Shown: positions 1 to 8,039 of the stretch, piece by piece | How the letters are laid out: each line of letters begins with the position of its first letter | Numbering within the stretch: position 1 is the first letter of the stretch | Assembly (NCBI GenBank): GCA_965238075.1 | Contig: OZ250173.1 | Coordinates: 1,664,001 to 1,728,000 of the forward strand | Length of the DNA stretch: 64,000 nt | Origin: Candidatus Entotheonellaceae bacterium | Lineage (GTDB): Bacteria > Tectomicrobia > Entotheonellia > Entotheonellales > Entotheonellaceae | Direction: 5' to 3' | Program-made: the position numbers and the translations under genes | Notes under the pieces: model-generated | Database searches by the model: none | Seen by the model: only the letters and a program-made list of their open reading frames with translations | Told to the model about the DNA's origin: nothing

Positions 1-1
1 T

Positions 2-1024
2 GACACGCACCCAACTCGGCACCATCTCGGTCTTCACGACGCCACCGTCGGCGTTCAACTCCAAGCCGAACGACAGCGCCGGCGATATCTCCTGCAGTCC
101 CAGCCCCAGCGTGTGGGTGGCCGCGGGCGGCAACATCGGAATGGTGCCCTCCGGCAGGTAGAGATTACAGCCGCGGGCGCGTGCTTCCAGATCCACGTCG
201 CTGTCCGGCGGCGCCAGAGCAGCCACGTCGGCGACGTGCACCCACAGGCGGTTGTCGTGCCAGCTCAGGGCGTCGTCGGGGTCCTTGCTGCCCTCGTCGT
301 CGATGGCGAAAGCGTCGAGATGGGTGAGATCAAGCCGCGTCTCATCCGGCAAATCCGGCAGGGCGGCCTGGGGAACGCGGGTGTCCACCTCCAGGCGTTG
401 CGGATAGGGATTGACAGTAACGTCCCAGTGGCCCAACTCGCACAGTAGGGCGTGGGCGCGCTCGGGGCTCTGCGTCCGGCCCAACTCACGCAGCGCGCGG
501 CTGCTGGTGCGCTTGTCCAGGGCCAAGGCCTCGACCTCGCCGAGATGTCGGCGGTCTTTGGCCACCAGTTTCCCGGCTCGCAGCCGTCCCATGAAATCGG
601 ACCAGGCGTGTTCCGCGGCGGCCTTGGCCTCGCGTGCGGCGCGTTTCCGAGCCACTTCCTCTGCCGTGTGCGCAATGATCTCCACCACGGTGCCGCCAAA
701 GTACAGACCCTCGGCGACGAGCTGCCAGGCCCGCCACGCCGTTGGCGGCGTGTAGGCGCCATAAACCAGCTCGGCCAATTCGGCCAGCGTCGTATTGCCA
801 CCTGCCAATAGCTCCCATGCCGTCTCCACTTCGCCGTCCTCGGCCCGCAGATCTGCCAGAGCGTGCAGCGGGCCGGGGTGCAGCAGCGCGACGTCCTTGG
901 GCCGCACTTTCAGCATCTTGCCGTTTTCGAGCTCGATTTCTAAGCTGTCGCCGGCCTGCAGCACGCGGGCCGGACGGTTCTTGAACAGTACCAGACTGTC
1001 GGGCTGAAGGGCGGCGGTGTTCAT
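2..1024 (-). CDS. RNB-domain exoribonuclease (RNase II/R family), 3' end runs off the window
   Basis: Manual translation from ATG at 1024 gives MNTAALQPDSLVLFKNRPARV...KVRPKDVALLHPGP. The RNB catalytic motif FAIDDEGSKDPDDALS lies at about 265-312. It is absent from the ORF track because no stop falls in the window. Confidence 0.88.
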   Translation of the reverse strand, partial: MNTAALQPDSLVLFKNRPARVLQAGDSLEIELENGKMLKVRPKDVALLHPGPLHALADLRAEDGEVETAWELLAGGNTTLAELAELVYGAYTPPTAWRAWQLVAEGLYFGGTVVEIIAHTAEEVARKRAAREAKAAAEHAWSDFMGRLRAGKLVAKDRRHLGEVEALALDKRTSSRALRELGRTQSPERAHALLCELGHWDVTVNPYPQRLEVDTRVPQAALPDLPDETRLDLTHLDAFAIDDEGSKDPDDALSWHDNRLWVHVADVAALAPPDSDVDLEARARGCNLYLPEGTIPMLPPAATHTLGLGLQEISPALSFGLELNADGGVVKTEMVPSWVRV

Positions 1025-1065
1025 GGGGGAATTCCTGTGAAAGCGGCGTAACGTGCCGCACCTGT

Positions 1066-2079
1066 TCAGATGAAGCGGTGCAACGTGATGTTCAGGTGGC
1101 GCACGCCGTTCGGGGCCGGGTGGTATTGGACCAGAATCGGACTTTGGTAGGTGCCGTGGAGAATGTGGTTGGACCCGGCCTCCGCACTGTCGGAGACCAG
1201 TAATCGGATGTGGCGCTTGAGGCGCAGGATGCGCTTGGCCGGTGTCGAGAGGGCCGCAAAAATGCGGTCGATCATCGAGCGCCCCACCGGAACTTGATCC
1301 ATCAGGTAGTTGTAGAGCTGCACAACGTCATTGCCGCGCTGGAGCGCGAAGCGCAACGGGTCGATAAGGGCCTGGGGCAAATCGTTGCGCATCAACAGGG
1401 TCTCGTACTCGTTGACGGTCATGCCGACGTGCTTTTCTTCGGGTGCCAGGCGGATGTCGATATAGCCCTTTTCGACGCCGTGTTGCCGTGACCAATCCGC
1501 GACCTGTGAGAAAAGGCCGTAGCGGGGGTCCTTAAGATTAAAGGCCTCGATCGCCCGGCCTTCGCTGACCGGAATCTCCACCCGGCCGCGATGCACCACT
1601 TCCGTGTCGGAATACGCCATGACCGTGGTGCGGCGCTGGCGCAGGTGGTGCTTGTAGATGCCGTCGAGCTCGATGAAATAAACCGGCTCATCGGGGTGAT
1701 GGAGATAAATGACGCAGTTGTTGAGACCGGCGCTGATAAAGGTCAGGTGCGAATCGCCGTTGATCGGCTCCTTTTCCTTTTGGCTCTCGCTGAGCTCGTC
1801 GCGCAGTTGCATGCGGTCGTGAAAATAGCCGGCGTTGTGGGGGAAGATTTTCTGCACGGCGCGGATAAGGGGGGCAAGCTGTTTGGGACTATAGCCCAGG
1901 CGCGCACAGACAGCCTGCTCCAGGTAGCCGGCCGTGGTGTGAAACGAGCAGTATACTGCCTTGCGGTACTGGTTCAGCTCCTCGCCGACTTGGACGCGAA
2001 TCAGGGACGCAACGTCGACGATCTCAAAGCGTCCCTTGGGGCGGATGGCCAAATTAAACTCTACGGGTTGAACGGCCAT
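1066..2079 (-). CDS. Tandem YjbQ-like (UPF0047) domain protein
   Basis: 337 aa. The N-half has HTTAG, YFHD, NGDSH and YFIELDG; the C-half has GVEKG, GMTVNEYE and HGTYQ. All are YjbQ-type motifs. Confidence 0.65.
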   Translation of the reverse strand: MAVQPVEFNLAIRPKGRFEIVDVASLIRVQVGEELNQYRKAVYCSFHTTAGYLEQAVCARLGYSPKQLAPLIRAVQKIFPHNAGYFHDRMQLRDELSESQKEKEPINGDSHLTFISAGLNNCVIYLHHPDEPVYFIELDGIYKHHLRQRRTTVMAYSDTEVVHRGRVEIPVSEGRAIEAFNLKDPRYGLFSQVADWSRQHGVEKGYIDIRLAPEEKHVGMTVNEYETLLMRNDLPQALIDPLRFALQRGNDVVQLYNYLMDQVPVGRSMIDRIFAALSTPAKRILRLKRHIRLLVSDSAEAGSNHILHGTYQSPILVQYHPAPNGVRHLNITLHRFI

Positions 2080-2287
2080 GGGATGACTCCTGTCCTGAGG
2101 TAGGACGCTGGGCTCCAGACACCGCTAAAATACACCAGTATCCACCAATTACAAGAAGGAAAGGAAGGCTTGTATTCCCGTCTCTGCTGTGATGGCAGGC
2201 GCGTTAAGGATGTCTCAATAAGCGGTGGAAGGTCAGGTTGGCAAAGTGTAATTTGACATTCCACTAAAGCTTGCGAAAGGTGCCGCC

Positions 2288-3797
2288 ATGGAGCGCACAA
2301 CCTCGAGCAATTTGCGCGGGCCAGATTCGGGGCGGGACAGCCACTTGGCGCGTTTGCTCTTTGAACGCTATGAAACCGATACCCGTTTTTTCGATGAGAC
2401 CTTTGAATCCGCAGAGCAGCCGCGCGCCCACTATCGGATGCTCATCAACGAAATGTGCGGGATGCCGCAGGAAGAGGTAGAGCGGCTGCAGGACCGCGTA
2501 ACCCGTTCATTTCTCCACGAGGGCATTACCTTCACCGTCTATGGCGACGAGGCGTCCATCGAACGGGCTTTCCCCATCGACTTGCGTTCCCCGCCTTTTA
2601 CTCGCCCGGGAATGGGCGCACATTGAGCGTGGCCTTATCCAGCGCGTCCAGGCACTGAACCTCTTTTTGTCGGATGTTTACGATAAGGGACACCTTCTGC
2701 GCGACGGCTCGGTACCGCGCGATCTCGTGTACGGCTGTCCAAACTACCGCCCCGAAATGGAGGGCGTGAACGTTCCGCTCGGGGCCTACGTGTCGGTATG
2801 TGGCAGCGACATCGTGCGGACCGGGGACGGCTTCATGGTGCTGGAGGACAATCTCCGGGTGCCGTCGGGGGTCTCATACATGCTGGCGTGCCGGGATGCG
2901 ATCCGCCGCGCCTTTCCCCAGATCTTCCGGCGCTATCGCGTGCGACCGGTTGAGCACTACGGACAGGAACTCCTGCGGGTGCTTCGCGCCTTGGCGCCCC
3001 GGCAGGGGGAAGAACCGACGATTGCCTTGCTGACGCCCGGCGTTTATAACTCGGCCTACTACGAACACGCCTTCCTCGCCCGGGAAATGGGCATTGAACT
3101 CGTCAAGGGCGACGACCAGCTCGTGCACGGCGGACGGTTGTGCATGCGCACGGTGCTCGGGTTGCATCCTGTGGACGTCCTTTACCGGCGCATCGACGAC
3201 GATTTCATCGACCCGCAAGCCTTCCGTCCCGATTCCCGCCTCGGGGTGCCCGGCCTATTCGAGGTCTATCGTTCCGGTCATGTCGCACTCGCCAACGCGC
3301 CCGGCACCGGCGTGGCAGACGACAAGGCGGTATACGCCTATGTGCCTCGCATGATCCGCTATTACCTCGACCAGGACCCTATCCTCGACAACGTGGAAAC
3401 ACACCTGTGCCGGGAACCCGAAGGGCTGGCCTACACGCTCGAAAACCTCGAGCATCTGGCCGTGAAAGCGGTGGGTGAATCGGGCGGTTACGGCATGCTG
3501 GTGGGCCCCCACGCGAGCCGCGAGGAGCGGGAGGCATTTGCGGACAAACTCTGCGCCAAGCCCGAGAACTACATTTCCCAGCCTACGCTCGCCTTATCGC
3601 GCGCGCCCTGTCTCGTCGAGGGTCGGCTCGAGGCGCGCCACGTGGACCTCAGACCGTTCGTGCTGCACGGGGAAGACACCCGGGTGGTGCCAGGCGGGCT
3701 TTGCCGCGTGGCTCTGCGCAAGGGCAGCCTCGTGGTAATCTCGAGCCAAGGCGGCGGCGCCAAGGACGCCTGGATCCTCGAAGGGGATAAGCCATGA
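2288..3797 (+). CDS. Circularly permuted type 2 ATP-grasp protein, interrupted by a 1-nt frameshift at ~2582
   Basis: ORF 2288-2626 (EGITFTVYG...RAFPID) continues in ORF 2541-3797 (CVPR, LEDNLRVPSGVSY, YRRIDDDF, ESGGYGM, RHVDLRPF, SQGGG.KD). Removing one T from gacttgc restores PIDCVPR. Confidence 0.88.
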
Positions 3798-4777
3798 TGC
3801 TTGCGCGGGTGGCTGATTCGTTTTACTGGATGAACCGCTACCTGGAGCGCGTCGAATACATTGCCCGCCTCATCGGGTTGCAGTTGGAGCGCCTCCCTGC
3901 GAGCCCGGCCCGGGACATTGCGGAAGGCTGGCGGCGGCTTTTCCGCAGTCTCGGCACCCAGCCCCCGGGTGCGGATACCTACAGCGGCGCGGCAGACGAG
4001 GACGACTTTCTGTTCGCTGATGGCTATACCTTGACAGACTATCTCACCTTCGAGGCGGCCAATCCCAACTCCATCATGTTCTGCCTGACCGCGGCTCGGG
4101 AAAACGCCCGGCAAGTACGCGACGCCATCAGCAGTGCGATCTGGTCGAGCCTCAACCGCGAGTACCTGCGCTTGCAGGAAATCGCGCTCGTCGACGTCTG
4201 GAGGCGCGACCCCGCCATGCTGTATCGGGACGTCATCCAAGCCGTGCAACTCTTCGACGGCATTTGCGCAGGCTCTATGCGTCAGGACACAGGATGGCAC
4301 TTCATGCGCCTCGGGCGTTTCATCGAGCGCGTCCAGCTCGTTGGCTCTCTTCTCGAAGCGCATTGTGCCGCTACTAAAGATCCTTCCGAGGGAAAAGGCG
4401 ACTGGGTTGGCCTTCTGTGGGCCTGCGATGCTTTTGAAGCCTATTGTCAATTGCACGGTGCCCAGATCAGGGAAGAAAAGGTGTTGGACTTTCTGGTATA
4501 TGATGCCGGGCTGCCCCATGCGTTGTGTTTTGCAGTAAACGGAATTCGGGGCAGTTTGGAAGCAATCGACCCGCCGGCTGCGGGGCGAATTTCCGCGGCG
4601 CCCCATGAGATGGCCGGTCGTCTGGCCTCGATTCTCTCCCGTCAGACAACGAGCCTGGCGGTTGGTGAGAAAGGGAGGAATACCCTCAATGATCTGGTCA
4701 CTTTGTGTCGGGTATGTCATGAGACCCTGGAACGAACTTACATGTCCTGCCCGACGGAATTCGCGTCCGTTCCTTAA
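3794..4777 (+). CDS. Alpha-E domain protein (DUF403)
   Basis: MLARVADSFYWMNRYLER, ARENARQVRD and FMRLGRFIER (ER motifs). ATGA overlap with the ATP-grasp gene. Confidence 0.92.
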   Translation: MMLARVADSFYWMNRYLERVEYIARLIGLQLERLPASPARDIAEGWRRLFRSLGTQPPGADTYSGAADEDDFLFADGYTLTDYLTFEAANPNSIMFCLTAARENARQVRDAISSAIWSSLNREYLRLQEIALVDVWRRDPAMLYRDVIQAVQLFDGICAGSMRQDTGWHFMRLGRFIERVQLVGSLLEAHCAATKDPSEGKGDWVGLLWACDAFEAYCQLHGAQIREEKVLDFLVYDAGLPHALCFAVNGIRGSLEAIDPPAAGRISAAPHEMAGRLASILSRQTTSLAVGEKGRNTLNDLVTLCRVCHETLERTYMSCPTEFASVP

Positions 4778-4806
4778 GCATTGACGAACGCCCACGGGAG
4801 AGACTG

Positions 4807-5259
4807 ATGCAGCCTTGCGAACCTTCACCGGACAGCAAAACGGTCGAGATTGCCCTTGCCCCGGACCTTTCCGCCCTTGCGGCGCTCGCGGGCATCATCC
4901 AGGAATTCGGGGCCGCCCACGCGTTGAGCGACGCGGTCCAGAGCCACCTGAACCTCATGCTGGACGAACTCATTACAAATAGCATAACCTATGGTTTACC
5001 TAAAGTTCCTGAACCCGAGCTTCGGTTGCGTCTCCTTGTTGACAAAGGCGCCGTGGTGGCTCAACTCGAGGATAACGCCGATGCGTTCAACCCTTTCGAG
5101 GAGGCCCCGGAGCCGGACCCGACCCTAGGGCTTGAAGAGCGGCCCATCGGAGGGCTCGGGGTTTTCCTGGTCAAGCAATTCGCCAACAGCACAGCCTACG
5201 AACGCGTCGATGGGCGCAATCGCATCACAGTGAGACATTTGATTGAAGGAGAAAGCTAG
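4807..5259 (+). CDS. Anti-sigma factor / Ser-Thr kinase (RsbW/SpoIIAB-like, HATPase_c_2)
   Basis: LDELITNSITYG, AFNPF and ERPIGGLGVFLV motifs. Confidence 0.9.
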   Translation: MQPCEPSPDSKTVEIALAPDLSALAALAGIIQEFGAAHALSDAVQSHLNLMLDELITNSITYGLPKVPEPELRLRLLVDKGAVVAQLEDNADAFNPFEEAPEPDPTLGLEERPIGGLGVFLVKQFANSTAYERVDGRNRITVRHLIEGES

Positions 5260-5609
5260 TGGCGGACGAGAGCACACTGTCGATTCAAACCGAGCGCGTT
5301 GAAAAAGCCGTTGTCGTCTCTCCGCAGGGGCGGGTGGACGGAAGCAACGCGGCTGTCCTGGAAAGTGCCATCCGGGAGCAGCTTGAGGCGGGCGAAAAGG
5401 TCCTGGTCTTCAATTTCAAGGACCTGAACTACATCAGCAGCGCCGGCCTGCGGGTGTTCCTGATGACGGCTCGCCGCCTGCAGGGAGAAGGGGGGAAGAC
5501 GCTGTTTTTTGGGCTCAGCGACCCCATCGCCCACATCTTCGAGATTAGCGGTTTCAGTGCCATTCTCTCGATTTACGACAGTCGCGACGACACCCTAGCG
5601 GCGCTGTGA
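5259..5609 (+). CDS. STAS anti-sigma-factor antagonist (RsbV/SpoIIAA-like)
   Basis: GRVDGSNA, LNYISSAGLRVFL (phosphorylatable Ser) and IFEISGF. Confidence 0.92.
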   Translation: MADESTLSIQTERVEKAVVVSPQGRVDGSNAAVLESAIREQLEAGEKVLVFNFKDLNYISSAGLRVFLMTARRLQGEGGKTLFFGLSDPIAHIFEISGFSAILSIYDSRDDTLAAL

Positions 5610-5637
5610 AGACGGCACTGGAAGGAGGACTTGGGCC

Positions 5638-6810
5638 TTGAGTAAATCACCCACCCGACTTCTCGTGGTAGATGACGAGGAAGATCTGGAACTACTTATC
5701 CGCCAGAGATTCCGTCGGCTCATTCGACAAGGCGAGATCGATTTCGTTTTCGCACACAACGGCAAGGAAGCCCTCGAAAAACTTGCCGAACACCCTGAAA
5801 TCCGCCTCGTGCTGTCGGATATCAACATGCCGGTCATGGACGGCCTCACGCTGTTGAGCCAACTCGAGGACATCTGCCCTGAAATACGTGCTGTCATCGT
5901 CTCTGCCTATGGCGACATGGAAAACATCCGCACTGCCATGAACCGGGGTGCGTTCGACTTCGTCACCAAACCCATCGACTTCAATGATCTCGAAATCACG
6001 ATCCGAAAGACCCTCAAACATATCGAAACGATGCAAAATGCGCTTGAATCGAGGGACCGGTTGGTTGCCATCACGCGCGAACTCGAAGTGGCAACCCAGG
6101 TTCAGATGTCAATCCTGCCGCACGATCGCTCACACAGCGAAACCCACGAAATCCAGGCCATGATGATCCCGGCCCGGGAAATCGGCGGGGACTTCTACAA
6201 CTATTTCAGCCTCGACGATGCGCTGATTGGATTGATCATCGCCGACGTCTCCGGCAAGGGTATTCCCGCTGCCCTGTTCACCATGGTGACGCAGACGCTC
6301 CTCAAGGGCGCGGTGAGAAATTTCGCGTCTCCCGCTCGTTGCCTGAGCGAAGTGAACGAGTTGCTGGCCGAGGACAACGAGTCCTGCGTGTTCGTCACCG
6401 TTTTCTATGGCATTCTCGACCTGCGAGACGGCAGCTTCCGCTATTGCAACGGCGGGCACAATCCGCCTCGCTTGGTCCGCGGCGATTCCGGGGTCGAAAT
6501 GCTTCCGACGACCGGGAACGTCGTGTTGGGCGTGTTTCCCGGTCACGGCTATGTCGATGGCGAAGTCCAGCTCAACCCTGGCGACACGCTCTTCCTCTAC
6601 ACCGACGGCATCAGCGAAGCCCAGAACGCCCGTAACGAGGAGTTCGGAGAAGAGCGCCTCGACGAGAAATTGACGAGTCTCAAGCAGGCGACCGCCCGCG
6701 ATGTCGTGAATGAGGTGGTCGATGCCGTGCATCTCTTTGTCGAAGACACGCCGCAATCGGACGATATTACCTGCATCGCGTTGCGCTTCAACGCCATACT
6801 TTCTGCTTAG
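5638..6810 (+). CDS. Response regulator with SpoIIE/PP2C phosphatase output (RsbU-like)
   Basis: Receiver domain: LVVDDE, LSDINMPVMDG, TKP. PP2C domain: IGGDFY, IADVSGKG, LYTDG, SDDIT. Confidence 0.93.
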   Translation: MSKSPTRLLVVDDEEDLELLIRQRFRRLIRQGEIDFVFAHNGKEALEKLAEHPEIRLVLSDINMPVMDGLTLLSQLEDICPEIRAVIVSAYGDMENIRTAMNRGAFDFVTKPIDFNDLEITIRKTLKHIETMQNALESRDRLVAITRELEVATQVQMSILPHDRSHSETHEIQAMMIPAREIGGDFYNYFSLDDALIGLIIADVSGKGIPAALFTMVTQTLLKGAVRNFASPARCLSEVNELLAEDNESCVFVTVFYGILDLRDGSFRYCNGGHNPPRLVRGDSGVEMLPTTGNVVLGVFPGHGYVDGEVQLNPGDTLFLYTDGISEAQNARNEEFGEERLDEKLTSLKQATARDVVNEVVDAVHLFVEDTPQSDDITCIALRFNAILSA

Positions 6811-6854
6811 CCGCTATCGGACAATCCTACCTAACTCAGTGAGGAAACAAGGAA

Positions 6855-8039
6855 GTGTGGAAGGCGGGTTACAATCCGTGCCTTGTTTCTCGGGTGCTCT
6901 TGTTCCTTGTGGTCCTGGCCGGCACAGCGCCAGATGACAGCTTGGCGAAGATGCTTTCCGCCAAACAGATCGTCTTCGGCCAATCCGCCGCCCTGACAGG
7001 ACCGGCGCGCCTATTGGGCCAAGGCATGCGTCTCGGCCTGTTTTCGGCCTTCAGGGAGGCTAACCGAACGGGTGGCGTGCACAATTATCGCCTCATCCTC
7101 GAATCCCTCGACGATGCCTATGAGCCCGAGGCGGCAATCACCAACGCCCGCGAGTTCATTGACCAGCGCAACGTTTTTGCGCTGATCGGCGCTGTGGGTA
7201 CCCCCGCGTCCGCGGCGGCCCAGCCTATCGCCACCGAGCGCGGTGTTCCCTACATCGCGCCCCTCACCGGGGCCGAGTTCCTGCGCGTCGCGCAGTTGCG
7301 CTCCAACGTCGTCAACGTGCGGGCGTCGTACTACCAGGAAACGGAAGAGATGGTGGTTCGCCTCACTGAGGACTTGGGCGTCCAGCGCCTCGGTGTCCTC
7401 TACCAAAACGATTCTTTCGGACGCGCCGGACTCAGCGGATTGCGCCGCGCCGTCGCCCGCCACGGGCTTTCACTTGTCGGCGAGGCGGACTATCCACGCA
7501 ACACCGAGGCGATCAAAATCGCCCTGCTCGACCTGCGGCGCTCCCGTCCCGAGGCCATTGTCATCATCGGCACCTACAAGCCTGCGGCCGCTCTGATCCG
7601 CTGGTCGCGGCGGCTCAACTTCAATCCCTACTTCGTCAACATTTCCGTCGTGGGGAGTTCCGCCCTTGCCAAGGAACTCGGTGCCGATGGCGCCGGGGTG
7701 TACATTACCCAGGTCGTACCTTTCCCCCTGGACAGCAGCATCCCGGTGGTCGATCAGTATCGGCACGCCCTGGCTATGGTGGACCCTGAGAGCGAGCCGG
7801 ACTTTGTGTCGCTGGAAGGCTACCTCGCCGGCCGACTGGTGCTGGAGGGTCTGCGTCTGGCCGGTCCGAGACCGACCCGACAGGGCTTTTTGCAAGCCCT
7901 GCAGGCGGCTGAAACCATTGACCTTGGCGGTTTCCTGCTGCGATACGGTGATGCTGACAATCAGGGTTCCGACCGTGTCTACCTGACGGTCATTGACGAG
8001 CAGGGACATGTCCAGCCCGTCTCCAGAATGGTGCCGTGA
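6855..8039 (+). CDS. Periplasmic binding protein, type 1 (LivJ/branched-chain-like)
   Basis: Signal-like N-terminus; FGQSAALTGP, LDDAYEP, GAVGTP, NVRASY, YQNDSFG. No permease or ATPase nearby. Confidence 0.88.
   Translation: MWKAGYNPCLVSRVLLFLVVLAGTAPDDSLAKMLSAKQIVFGQSAALTGPARLLGQGMRLGLFSAFREANRTGGVHNYRLILESLDDAYEPEAAITNAREFIDQRNVFALIGAVGTPASAAAQPIATERGVPYIAPLTGAEFLRVAQLRSNVVNVRASYYQETEEMVVRLTEDLGVQRLGVLYQNDSFGRAGLSGLRRAVARHGLSLVGEADYPRNTEAIKIALLDLRRSRPEAIVIIGTYKPAAALIRWSRRLNFNPYFVNISVVGSSALAKELGADGAGVYITQVVPFPLDSSIPVVDQYRHALAMVDPESEPDFVSLEGYLAGRLVLEGLRLAGPRPTRQGFLQALQAAETIDLGGFLLRYGDADNQGSDRVYLTVIDEQGHVQPVSRMVP

Noticed and set aside
113-1061. Several short ORFs in the track
   Set aside because: The real gene is the minus-strand RNB ORF from 1024, which runs off the window.
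2575-2590. Programmed frameshifting in the ATP-grasp gene (also kinase 8880 and AAA 58742)
   Set aside because: No slippery heptamer. These are single-base indels in short runs, better explained by mutation or sequencing error.
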